A DNA stretch of 39,829 bases from Candidatus Rokuibacteriota bacterium. Its GTDB lineage: Bacteria > Methylomirabilota > Methylomirabilia > Rokubacteriales > DASRDR01. This document shows, in pieces, positions 1 to 7,972 of the stretch. Each line of letters begins with the position of its first letter. The stretch's first letter is position 1. The DNA is taken from the NCBI GenBank assembly GCA_044866005.1, contig JBIOTN010000008.1, forward strand, positions 1-39,829. The letters are read 5' to 3'. The position numbers were made by a program, and so were the translations under genes. A model generated the notes under the pieces. That model worked only from the letters and a program-made list of their open reading frames with translations, was not told the origin of the DNA and did not search any database.

Positions 1-687
1 CCGACGGTGCCGCCGCCGAGCTTCCGGCCCGTGCCGACGCCGACAGCGCCGCCGGCCGGCCGGGCGGCCGGACTGACGCCGGCGAGCCCGCCGCCGTCCG
101 CGCCGCCGACGCCTGCAGCGCCCGCGCCCGCCGTCCCCCCCGCCGGGGCGCCGATCCGTCCCGCCGCCCCCGTCGTGTCGTCGCCGGCGCCGCCGGCGGG
201 CCCCCGGCCGACGAGCCCGCCGGCCCCGAGCTCCGCTGCGCTACGGCCGCCGAAGACGGGTACCGTGCCGGTGACCGCTCCGGCGATGACGCCGCCGGCG
301 ACCGGTCGGCGGAGTGCGGGCGGAACGGCCGCGCCCGCGGTCGCCGCCGAGTCGTGGGACGGGCTGGCGGTCTCGGTGTGGGGCCTGAGGACCCTGCTCT
401 CCTGGGGCCTCAGCGTGTACGCGGTCGTCTTGCTGGTCCTCTTCGGCCGTCCCTTCATCGCGGCCTTCGTTCCTCCCGGCGCGTTCGTTCCGCTCGACAT
501 CGTCGGCCAGCGGCTCATCCAGCCGGTGGGACAGTGGTTCCCCGTGCTCCGGTACGAGGGGCTCGACTTCGTGCCGCTGCTGCTCGGCGTGCTGCTCCTC
601 GTTCTCCGCCCGCGGATCACGACCCCGCTGTGGCGCCTCGAGTCCCGCTGGCGGGCCCGGGCGCTCTCTCAGGAGCCGCTCGGGTGA
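1..687 (+). CDS. 5'-truncated Pro/Ala-rich protein with C-terminal YggT-like membrane segment
   Basis: Frame is open from window start. A long Pro/Ala/Thr linker precedes hydrophobic helices with YggT-like 'RLIQPVGQWFP...GLDFVPLLLGVLL'. Stop TGA at 685-687. Confidence 0.6.
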   Translation, partial: PTVPPPSFRPVPTPTAPPAGRAAGLTPASPPPSAPPTPAAPAPAVPPAGAPIRPAAPVVSSPAPPAGPRPTSPPAPSSAALRPPKTGTVPVTAPAMTPPATGRRSAGGTAAPAVAAESWDGLAVSVWGLRTLLSWGLSVYAVVLLVLFGRPFIAAFVPPGAFVPLDIVGQRLIQPVGQWFPVLRYEGLDFVPLLLGVLLLVLRPRITTPLWRLESRWRARALSQEPLG

Positions 688-730
688 GCGCGGGGGCCGG
701 GCACCCCCCCGTCCCGGGGGAGAGGGCCGG

Positions 731-1423
731 ATGCCGAAGCTGACCCTCGTCCTGGACCGGAAGCCGGTCCAGGTCTACGAGCTCGACCAGTCGGTCATCC
801 GTGTCGGCCGCGGCGAGAGCATGGACATCGTGATCGACAACGTCTCGGTCTCGCGTCGCCAGGCGGAGATCCGCGAAGAGAACGGGGCATGGCGGGTGCG
901 GGACCTGGGCTCGTCCAACGGCACGTTCGTCAACGGGACGCGGTTGACCGCGGACCACGCGCTCCGCCCGGGCGACGAGATCTCCTTCGGCAAGTTCTCG
1001 CTCTTCTTCGAGCGCGTCTTCAGCGAGGCGGTGACGGAGCCGCAGACCGCGCGCGCCGGCAGCGAGGTGGGCGGCACCCTCCAGCTGCGACCCGAGGAGG
1101 TCGAGCGGCTCCAGCGCGCCGCCGCGCTCAAGCGGCAAGCGCAGGTGCAGTGGGAGGCGGGGGGCGAGCGCGGCACCCAGTACCTCGAGGGCGGCGGCGT
1201 GCTCGTCGGCCGCTCCGCGCTCTGCGACGTCCGGGTGCCGGGGGGCGCGCCGAGACACCACCTCCTGATCCTTCGGCGGCCGGACGGGTTCGAGGCCCGG
1301 AATCTCGCCTGGTGGCGTCGCATGCGGGTCAACGGCCAGGTGGCGCGGCGCGCCCCGCTCAAGGGCGGCGACCTGATCGAGCTCGGCGGGCTACGCCTGA
1401 CCTTCATGGACGAGGTGCGCTGA
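731..1423 (+). CDS. Tandem FHA-domain protein
   Basis: FHA motifs 'VGR..SVSRRQA..DLGSSNGTFVNG' (N-terminal) and a degenerate second FHA 'VGRSALCDV..RHH..MRVNG..LKGGDLIELG'. Confidence 0.88.
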   Translation: MPKLTLVLDRKPVQVYELDQSVIRVGRGESMDIVIDNVSVSRRQAEIREENGAWRVRDLGSSNGTFVNGTRLTADHALRPGDEISFGKFSLFFERVFSEAVTEPQTARAGSEVGGTLQLRPEEVERLQRAAALKRQAQVQWEAGGERGTQYLEGGGVLVGRSALCDVRVPGGAPRHHLLILRRPDGFEARNLAWWRRMRVNGQVARRAPLKGGDLIELGGLRLTFMDEVR

Positions 1424-1517
1424 GGCGAGGCGCCTCACTCGGCCGCGCGCGCCTTGCCGGCATGGCGCGGCTAGGCTACAATACGGGCTGTTCCCCGCGG
1501 AGTCGTCCACCCTGCCC

Positions 1518-2036
1518 ATGCTCGACACCGGCGACCCTCACGGACCCTTCATGGCGGCCGCGCTCGAGGAGGCTCGCCGGGCGGGTCCCGCCGGCGAGGT
1601 GCCCGTCGGGGCGGTGGTGGTCGTGGACGGGGCGATCGTCGGACGGGGGTACAACCGGCCGATCGGCGCGGTGGACCCGACGGCTCACGCCGAGGTGCTC
1701 GCGCTCCGCGACGCCGCCCGGCGGATCGGCAACTACCGGCTGCCGGGCGCGGCGCTCTACGTGACCGTCGAGCCGTGCGTCATGTGCGTGGGGGCCGCGT
1801 TGCAGGCGCGGATCGGGCACCTCGTCTTCGGGGTCGCCGACGACAAGGCGGGCGCCGTCGTCAGTCGGGCGCGGTTGCTCGACGAGGTCCGCTGGCCCCA
1901 CACGATCCGCGTGACGGGCGGGGTCCTGGCCGACGAGGCGCGCCAGCTCATGCAGACATTTTTCCGGATGCGCCGTGCGGAGGGGTACCGAAGTGGCCGT
2001 ACCGGGCTCGACTCGAAATCGAGTTGGGGGCGATGA
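1518..2036 (+). CDS. tadA: tRNA adenosine(34) deaminase TadA
   Basis: 'GEVPVGAVVV', 'DPTAHAE', 'LYVTVEPCVMC', 'FFRMRR' motifs. Upstream -10-like TACAAT near 1477. The last 58 nt overlap tRNA-Ser. Confidence 0.93.
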   Translation: MLDTGDPHGPFMAAALEEARRAGPAGEVPVGAVVVVDGAIVGRGYNRPIGAVDPTAHAEVLALRDAARRIGNYRLPGAALYVTVEPCVMCVGAALQARIGHLVFGVADDKAGAVVSRARLLDEVRWPHTIRVTGGVLADEARQLMQTFFRMRRAEGYRSGRTGLDSKSSWGR

Positions 2037-2072
2037 GCCCCCACGTGGGTTCGAATCCCACCCCCTCCGCCA
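1979..2072 (+). tRNA. tRNA-Ser(CGA)
   Basis: GGAGGGG/CCCCTCC acceptor stem, anticodon arm CTCGA-CT-CGA-AA-TCGAG, long variable arm, GGTTCGAATCC T-loop, G73 and encoded CCA. Confidence 0.96.
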
Positions 2073-2107
2073 TCATTCGTGAGCGCGCGGGCCAGGGCCC
2101 GCGCCGG

Positions 2108-2202
<95 letters not shown>

Positions 2203-2267
2203 TCGGACGCGAGGCGGCCCCCGCGGCGAGCGGGGACGCGCCGAGTACGCCACCACGGTGTCGCGAT

Positions 2268-2540
2268 GTGGCCGTGCTAGACGGGGAGGTAGCGGTGCCC
2301 TGTACCCGCAATCCGCTCTAGCGGGGTCGAATTCCTGCCCGAGGTGCGCTCGTGTTGGACTGAGCCGCACGGAGAGGCGATGAAGGCTGGGCCCCACGCA
2401 ACGGGAATCTGCCAACCCCGCCAGGCCCGGAAGGGAGCAACGGTACGCAGACCTTCCCGTGTGCCGTGGGATCTCCTGGCTGGAGCCGACTCCGCGCGGA
2501 GATCGCAGGACGGGCGTATCGACGGCAGGTGCACGGTCAC
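2268..2540 (+). ncRNA. ffs: Large (Alu-domain-containing) bacterial SRP RNA
   Basis: 5' 'GCCGTGCTAGACGGGGAGGTAGCGGTGCCCTGTACCCGCAATCCGCTCTAGC' resembles the Bacillus scRNA Alu domain. Helix 8 'CAGGCCCGGAAGGGAGCA'. Termini GTGGCCGTGC/GCACGGTCAC pair. Canonical tadA-ffs-dnaX context. Confidence 0.93.
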
Positions 2541-2663
2541 TACCTTTGGAGGAGGGCTGTGCCTCCCTCCAACGGCCCTCCCGGCAAAGCCGGGCCGTTC
2601 GGCCGTTCTGCGCGGCCGAACGGTTCGGGCCTGCCTCCCCCCGCCCCGCTCGGTACGTTCCGA

Positions 2664-4433
2664 ATGAGCCAGTATCAGGTGCTGGCGCGGCGGTGGCGGC
2701 CGCTGACCTTCGAGGCGGTCGTCGGGCAGGGGCCCATCGTCCGCACGCTCCAGAACGCGCTGGCGCGGCAGCGCATCGCGCACGCCTACCTCTTCGCCGG
2801 ACCCCGCGGCGTGGGCAAGACGACGACCGCCCGCCTCCTCGCGATGGGGCTCAACTGCGAGCGCGCCGGGGCGTCCGGGCCCGTGCCGTGCGCGGAGTGC
2901 GAGGCGTGCCGCGAGATCATCGCCGGCCGGGCGCTCGACGTCCTCGAGATCGACGGCGCGTCCAACCGCGGGATCGACGAGGTCCGGGCCCTTCGCGACA
3001 ACACCCGCTACGCGCCGGCGCGCGGGCGGCGGAAGGTATACATCATCGACGAGGTCCACATGCTCACGGAGCCGGCGTTCAACGCGCTCCTCAAGACGCT
3101 GGAGGAGCCGCCGGCCCACGTGGTCTTCGTGCTCGCGACGACGGAGCCGCGCGAGCTGCCGCCCACGATCCTGTCGCGCTGCCAGCGCTTCGACTTTCGT
3201 CCGATCCCGACGGGCGAGATCGTCGCCGGCCTCGGCCGGATCCTCGCCGAAGAGGCGGCCCGGGCCCCGGGTGACGCGATCCGGGTCGAGCCCGACGCCG
3301 TGAGCCTGATCGCGCGCGCGGCGGACGGCAGCCTCCGGGACGCCCTGTCGCTCCTGGACACGGCCCTGGCGTATGGCGACGGCCGTGTGACGGCGGCGGC
3401 GGTGCAGGCCTTGCTCGGGAGCGGTGGGGCAGAAGCCGGCTGGGCCCTGGCCGACGCGCTCGTCCGGCGCGACACCGCTGGCGCGCTCGAGCGGATCGAC
3501 GGCGCGGCGTCGGAAGGACAGGACCTCGGCCTGCTCTGCCAGGACGCCATGGAGGTGCTCCGACGCGCGCTGCTCACGGCGGTCCTGAGGGAGCCGCCCC
3601 CCGAGACGACGGCCGAAGAGGCCGGGCGGCTCCGCCAGCTCGCGGCGGTGGGCGCGGACGGCCTCCTCCTGATGGTCAAGGGCCTGGTGGACGCCCAGAC
3701 CGAGATGCGGCACTCGCCCTACCCGCGGGTGGACCTCGAGGTCGCCGCCGTCCGTCTCTGTCACCGCCCCGACCCCGAGGCGATCGAGGGCCTCCTCGAG
3801 CGGCTGGAGCGGGCCGAAGCGCAACTCCGGGGATATGGCCCGGCAGCCGGCGTGACCGCCGCGCCCCGCCAGGCGGACCTCCTCGGCGAGCGGGGCGACG
3901 CCCCGGGCGCGGCGGCCCCCGCGGGCCCGGCTCCGGTGGCCGGATCGCGCCCGGCCCCCGCCCCGGCGGCTCCCCGGGACGACCGGCCGCCTCCGCCGGG
4001 CGGGGAGCCCGCCCCGGCGGCTGCGAGCGGCACGGCCAGCGATCTCTGGCCGCGGATCGTGGCGGAGGTCATGCGGGTCCGGCCAACCCTCGGGCACCTG
4101 CTCGCGGACGCGATCGTCCTCTCCGAGGAGGAGGGGCGGCTCGCCGTCGCGGTACCGAACGGCAACGCCTTCACGGAGGACCAGGTCCGCGACCGGGGCA
4201 ATCGGCAGCTCATCCTCGAGGCCGCCCGGCGCGTCCGGCCCGGGCTCCGGGACATCGTCTTCACCGCCGCCCCGGGGAGTGGGTCGGACTCGGTGACGGC
4301 TCACCCGGTCGTGCGGGCGGCCGTCGAGCTCTTCAACGGCGAGGTCACGAGCGTGCGGCCGGCCGCCCGGGGGGGCGCTCCGAGCCCGGCCGCGACGGAT
4401 CGGCCCTCGCCCCGGAGCGGAGAGACGCCATGA
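2664..4433 (+). CDS. dnaX: DNA polymerase III subunit gamma/tau
   Basis: 'YQVLARRWRPLTF', Walker A 'GPRGVGKTT', Zn-binding Cys cluster, 'IIDEVHML', 'TILSRCQRF'. ATG at 2664 chosen because the longer ORF start lies within the SRP RNA. Confidence 0.96.
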   Translation: MSQYQVLARRWRPLTFEAVVGQGPIVRTLQNALARQRIAHAYLFAGPRGVGKTTTARLLAMGLNCERAGASGPVPCAECEACREIIAGRALDVLEIDGASNRGIDEVRALRDNTRYAPARGRRKVYIIDEVHMLTEPAFNALLKTLEEPPAHVVFVLATTEPRELPPTILSRCQRFDFRPIPTGEIVAGLGRILAEEAARAPGDAIRVEPDAVSLIARAADGSLRDALSLLDTALAYGDGRVTAAAVQALLGSGGAEAGWALADALVRRDTAGALERIDGAASEGQDLGLLCQDAMEVLRRALLTAVLREPPPETTAEEAGRLRQLAAVGADGLLLMVKGLVDAQTEMRHSPYPRVDLEVAAVRLCHRPDPEAIEGLLERLERAEAQLRGYGPAAGVTAAPRQADLLGERGDAPGAAAPAGPAPVAGSRPAPAPAAPRDDRPPPPGGEPAPAAASGTASDLWPRIVAEVMRVRPTLGHLLADAIVLSEEEGRLAVAVPNGNAFTEDQVRDRGNRQLILEAARRVRPGLRDIVFTAAPGSGSDSVTAHPVVRAAVELFNGEVTSVRPAARGGAPSPAATDRPSPRSGETP

Positions 4434-4747
4434 AAGGATTCGGCAACCTCGTCAAGGAGGCCCAGAAGCTCCAGGCCCAGCTCGAGACGCTGAAGGAAGA
4501 GGTCGGCAAGCGCAAGGTCGAGGCCTCGGCGGGCGGCGGCATGGTCGTGGTGGAGGCCAACGGCAACCAGGAGATCGTCTCCGTCAAGATCGACCGCGAC
4601 GCCATCACCCCCGACGACCCCCAGATGCTCGAGGATCTCATCCTCGCGGCCGTCAACGAGGCCCTCCGCAAGGCGCGTGAGATGGTGGCGGGCGAGATGT
4701 CGAAGATCGCCGGCGGCATCGGAGGGAAGATCCCTGGCCTCTTCTAG
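4430..4747 (+). CDS. ybaB: YbaB/EbfC nucleoid-associated protein
   Basis: '[14 protein letters not shown]', '[17 protein letters not shown]'; lies between dnaX and recR. Confidence 0.95.
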   Translation: MKGFGNLVKEAQKLQAQLETLKEEVGKRKVEASAGGGMVVVEANGNQEIVSVKIDRDAITPDDPQMLEDLILAAVNEALRKAREMVAGEMSKIAGGIGGKIPGLF

Positions 4748-4751
4748 TCGT

Positions 4752-4784
4752 TCGGGGGATCTCGGGAGACCCCCCCGATGCCCC
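4752..4784 (+). repeat. REP-like G/C-run hairpin repeat
   Basis: TCGGGGGATCTCGGGAGACCCCCCCGATGCCCC, near-identical to the copy at 39790-39829. Confidence 0.75.
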
Positions 4785-4860
4785 GCTTGACGCGGACCGG
4801 CATGCGCGCGCGGTTCGGTCTCCGGCTGTGCGCGGCCGAGCGGCCCGGTTGTTGGAGACC

Positions 4861-5460
4861 GTGACGTATCATCCCCCCGCGGTCGGCCGGCTGATCGAAG
4901 CGCTCCAGCGCCTCCCCGGCGTCGGCCCGAAGACGGCCCAGCGGCTCACCTTCCATCTCCTGAAGCAGCCCGAGGCCGCCGTCCGCGAGCTGGCCGATGC
5001 CCTCGTGGAGCTCAAGATCCGCGTCGTGCACTGCTCCCACTGCTTCAACGTCACGGACGACGACCCGTGCCGGATCTGCCGCGACGCCACGCGCGACGCC
5101 GGCTTGCTCTGCGTGGTGGAGGAGCCGAACGACCTCATGGCGATGGAGCGCACCGGCGAGTACCGGGGCCGCTACCACGTCCTGCTCGGAGCGCTCTCGC
5201 CGCTGGACGGCATCGGCCCGGACGAGCTCAAGGTCCGGGAGCTCCTGCGACGGCTCGAGGCGGACCGGGTGCGCGAGGTGATCCTCGCCACGAACCCGAA
5301 CGTCGAGGGCGATGCCACCGCGATCTACCTGGCGAAGCTCCTGCGGCCGCTCGGCGTGCGGGTGACGCGCATCGCGCGGGGCCTTCCGGTGGGCGGCGAC
5401 CTCGAGTACGCCGACGAGGTGACCCTCGCCCGCGCGCTCGAGGGGCGCAAGGAGATGTAG
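4861..5460 (+). CDS. recR: Recombination mediator RecR
   Basis: '[12 protein letters not shown]', C4 Zn finger, Toprim '[15 protein letters not shown]', '[20 protein letters not shown]'. GTG start after GGAGA. Confidence 0.96.
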   Translation: MTYHPPAVGRLIEALQRLPGVGPKTAQRLTFHLLKQPEAAVRELADALVELKIRVVHCSHCFNVTDDDPCRICRDATRDAGLLCVVEEPNDLMAMERTGEYRGRYHVLLGALSPLDGIGPDELKVRELLRRLEADRVREVILATNPNVEGDATAIYLAKLLRPLGVRVTRIARGLPVGGDLEYADEVTLARALEGRKEM

Positions 5461-5497
5461 GGCGGCCGGAGGAGGGCGGGCCCCCCTCCGGCTCGGA

Positions 5498-5842
5498 CTA
5501 CTTGCCCCCGGTGAAGAAGTCGTAGACGGTGCGGCCGGCGTACTTCATGCCGTCCCAGAGGGCCTCACCGAATCCCTTGGCGCGGTCGTGGAGGCGGTCG
5601 CCCACGGGCTTGCCCTGCTCGCCCGCGCTCTTCAGGCGGTTGCCGGCCTCCTTCGCGCCCTCGGTGACTGTCGTGCCGACGCCCTTCGCGGTCTCCTCCA
5701 CACCCTGTCCGATCTTCTTGGCGCCTTCCACGACCTGGCCCGGTCCCTGCTTGGTGTCTTCCGCCGGCGCCGGGCTCGGCGCGGCGAGGCCGAAGACGAG
5801 CGCCGTGGCAATGGCCGCCAGGAGTGGTCTTCGTGGCATCAT
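5498..5842 (-). CDS. Small secreted hypothetical protein (amphipathic helical, LEA-like repeats)
   Basis: GGAGG RBS, signal-peptide-like N-terminus, repeated 'EGAK.IG/ETAKGVG/EGAKEAG' segments. Confidence 0.7.
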   Translation of the reverse strand: MMPRRPLLAAIATALVFGLAAPSPAPAEDTKQGPGQVVEGAKKIGQGVEETAKGVGTTVTEGAKEAGNRLKSAGEQGKPVGDRLHDRAKGFGEALWDGMKYAGRTVYDFFTGGK

Positions 5843-6045
5843 GGCCACCTCCTCGAGGGTTCGGTCGCTGCCCTGACCGTACGCAACCATCATGCCACCG
5901 CCCGAGCCTCCCCTCGGCGCAAATCCGAGCGCCAGATTGGCCTCCGGTGGCCACGCCTCGGCGGGGGCCCCGTCGAGGCGTGGACGTCCGGCCCCGCCGA
6001 TAGTCGCTGTTGCGGCACGGAAGGATCGGATACAATAGGCCGCGT

Positions 6046-6424
6046 TCCCCGGTAGCTCAACCGGTAGAGCAAGTGGCTGTCGGTGTGGCAGCGTCCCGGC
6101 CGAAAGGCGGGATGGAAAAGCGGGCGAATTCAGGGAACCCTAAGTCCCGCGCGAGCGGGATATGGGAATCCTGAGCGAAGCCCCGGCGCCCGCCTCGCCG
6201 CGAGCCACCCGCCGACGGCGGGCCGCGGCAACGCGCGCGCTGGGGACCGTGCAGAGACTAGACCGCAAGGTCGTACCCCGGCGCCCGACGGGCCCGGGGG
6301 AAGCGCCCGCTCCCTACGGGCGGCCGTCGGGCCGCCTAGGGGGATGAGATAGTCCAAGCCCCGCGGAAACGCGGGGGCCCTTGTAACCACGAGGTTGCAG
6401 GTTCGAGTCCTGCCTGGGGAGCCA
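6046..6424 (+). tRNA. tRNA-Asn(GTT), intron-containing (exons 6046-6080 and 6384-6424)
   Basis: Joined exons give TCCCCGG-TAGCTCAACCGGTAGAGCA-AGTGG-CT-GTT-AA-CCACG-AGGTT-GCAGGTTCGAGTCCTGC-CTGGGGA-G-CCA. TACAAT -10-like hexamer at 6031-6036. Confidence 0.92.
6081..6383 (+). ncRNA. Group I self-splicing intron (303 nt, no ORF)
   Basis: P1 with U6080.G6088 wobble (GCTGT/GCAGC); P3 6119-6126/6304-6311; P/Q 'AATTCAGGGAA'/'AATCCTGAGC'; R/S 'CAGAGACTA'/'GAGATAGTCC' (P7 GACTA/TAGTC); P9 with GAAA loop; terminal G6383. Confidence 0.93.
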
Positions 6425-6429
6425 GTCGA

Positions 6430-6468
6430 GACGAAGGCCGTCGGCGGCGACGCCGGCGGCCTTTCGTC
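6430..6468 (+). terminator. Hairpin downstream of tRNA-Asn (probable terminator or processing signal)
   Basis: GACGAAGGCCGTCGGCG-GCGA-CGCCGGCGGCCTTTCGTC inverted repeat; weak U-tract. Confidence 0.55.
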
Positions 6469-6560
6469 CTTCCGAGGCGGACGCCGCCGCGGCAATCAAA
6501 TCGGAGGGTTGGCCCGCTGGCATGGACGGGCCGTGGGATGAGGGGATGAGGGCGGCTCAA

Positions 6561-6589
6561 TTGACACGGCATCCGTGCGCACGTATTAT
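6561..6589 (+). promoter_or_regulatory. Sigma70 promoter of TA operon with palindromic operator (leaderless)
   Basis: TTGACA (6561-6566), 17-bp spacer, TATTAT (6584-6589). The spacer contains palindrome CGTGCGCACG. ATG lies 6 nt after the -10. Confidence 0.85.
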
Positions 6590-6595
6590 GTGGTC

Positions 6596-6823
6596 ATGAA
6601 TATTACGCTGTCCGTGGATGAGCGCCTCGTCAAGCGGGCCCGCAAGAAGGCGGCCGCCATGGGTAAGAGCCTCAACCAGCTGGTTCGCGAATATCTGGAG
6701 CGTCTCGCGGGCAGCGACGACGCCGAGCGGGACGTGGCCGAGCTCCGGCAGCTCTCTCGGGAGTCCCGTGGCCGTGCGCGCGGCTGGCGGTTCAACCGGG
6801 ACGAGCTCCATGAGCGCGCGTAG
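6596..6823 (+). CDS. Ribbon-helix-helix antitoxin (VapB-type)
   Basis: 'MNITLSVDERLVKRARKKA..GKSLNQLVREYL' RHH; C-terminal 'WRFNRDELHER'; overlaps the PIN gene. Confidence 0.85.
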   Translation: MNITLSVDERLVKRARKKAAAMGKSLNQLVREYLERLAGSDDAERDVAELRQLSRESRGRARGWRFNRDELHERA

Positions 6824-7223
6824 CTTTCTCGACACCAACGTTCTCCTCTATACCGATTCGGTCGACGCGCCGGCCAAGCAGCGGCGAGCACTCGAGCTGC
6901 TCGCCGAGCAACGTCTCGCCCGGACCGGCGTCGTGTCACTTCAGGTGTTGCAGGAGTACTTTGTGGCCGCGACCCGAAAGCTCGCGGTTGACACGGCCGT
7001 GGCTCGACGGAAGGTCGAGCTCTTCGCGAACTACCACCTCGTCGTCCTTGATGTCGAGGATGTGCTCGCCGCCATCGATCTCCACCGGTTGCACCAGGTA
7101 TCGTTCTGGGACGCTCTGGTCGTGCGGGCCGCGAAGGAGGGTGGCTGCTCCGTTCTCTACAGCGAGGATCTCCAGCAGGGCCGATCCATCGACGGCGTCC
7201 GGATCGTGGATCCTTTTCGCTGA
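6810..7223 (+). CDS. PIN-domain toxin (VapC family)
   Basis: 'FLDTNVLLY', 'QVLQEY', 'SFWDALVVRAA', 'LYSEDLQ' acidic PIN tetrad. Confidence 0.92.
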   Translation: MSARSFLDTNVLLYTDSVDAPAKQRRALELLAEQRLARTGVVSLQVLQEYFVAATRKLAVDTAVARRKVELFANYHLVVLDVEDVLAAIDLHRLHQVSFWDALVVRAAKEGGCSVLYSEDLQQGRSIDGVRIVDPFR

Positions 7224-7234
7224 GGACAACCGTT

Positions 7235-7561
7235 TTGTGTCCGCAGCGGCTTCTCCACCAGCACGACCCCGAGGCGCTGGGGGGCGGCCGCGATAGACGG
7301 GAGCGCCGGCTCCCCTCGCACCAACCTGCTGTTCACGATCGCCGGAAGGTCACGCCGCTCCGCCGGTACCACGGCGATGACTTCGTCGTCGACGAGGTGC
7401 TCTACGAAGCGATCGCGATCGGCACCCCCTTTGGGCTCCCGGGCCGTAATCGTCCGGTATCCTTCCGCCTGCTCCACATCTGCGAATTTCAAGACGGGCG
7501 CATGTCGCGAGAGAACGTCTGGATGGACTTTGCCGCCGTCGTTCAGCAGCTCGGTGGCTAA
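7235..7561 (+). pseudogene. 5'-degraded SnoaL-like/ester cyclase remnant
   Basis: Only the C-terminal part 'RRYHGDDFVVDE..GTPFGLPGRNRPVSFRLLHICEFQDGRMSRENVWMD' looks like an NTF2/SnoaL fold. No credible start. Confidence 0.6.
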
Positions 7562-7565
7562 GCGA

Positions 7566-7750
7566 ATGCGTGGGGAGCGCGCCCCGGCCAGCCGCCCGGA
7601 GGCTCCGGACAGGACCGGTCCCGATCTCGGATCGGGTCGGGCCAATCAAAAACGCCGGACTCGCAGGGCCGTAATGGAGGCGGCCAACCGCCTCTTGGAG
7701 CGAGGCCTCAAGCCGACGCTGGAGGACGTCGCCGCCGAAGCGCTGGTCGC
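7566..7750 (+). pseudogene. Truncated TetR-family regulator (N-terminal fragment)
   Basis: 'GRANQKRRTRRAVMEAANRLLERGLKPTLEDVAAEALV' breaks off before the second HTH helix (expected 'SRATAYRYF'-like). Confidence 0.6.
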
Positions 7751-7972
7751 GGCACGGCCCGCGGCGAGAGCAGGGGTCATGCCCGTGGCGCGCTGGGACC
7801 GGACGCGAGATCGGCCACCGGGCGCTCCTCGTCCGGTGGCGAGCCGGCCGCAAGGTCGTCCTGCCTGGCGGAACCTCTCCCCGTCTCGGGTGAACGGGGT
7901 GCCAGGCGACCGGCCCACGGGGCAATGCGACCGGCCCACGCTGGGGGCGCGCCGGCGGCTGGATCGCGACCC

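Noticed and set aside
2466..2663. N-terminal extension of the dnaX ORF
   Set aside because: Overlaps the SRP RNA; DnaX homology begins at ATG 2664.
2664..4433. Programmed frameshift producing the gamma subunit
   Set aside because: No A-AAA-AAG or poly-A slippery site seen.
6083..6495. ORFs within the intron (homing endonuclease?)
   Set aside because: Short, low-complexity products with no LAGLIDADG, GIY-YIG or HNH motif; the sequence is explained by RNA helices.
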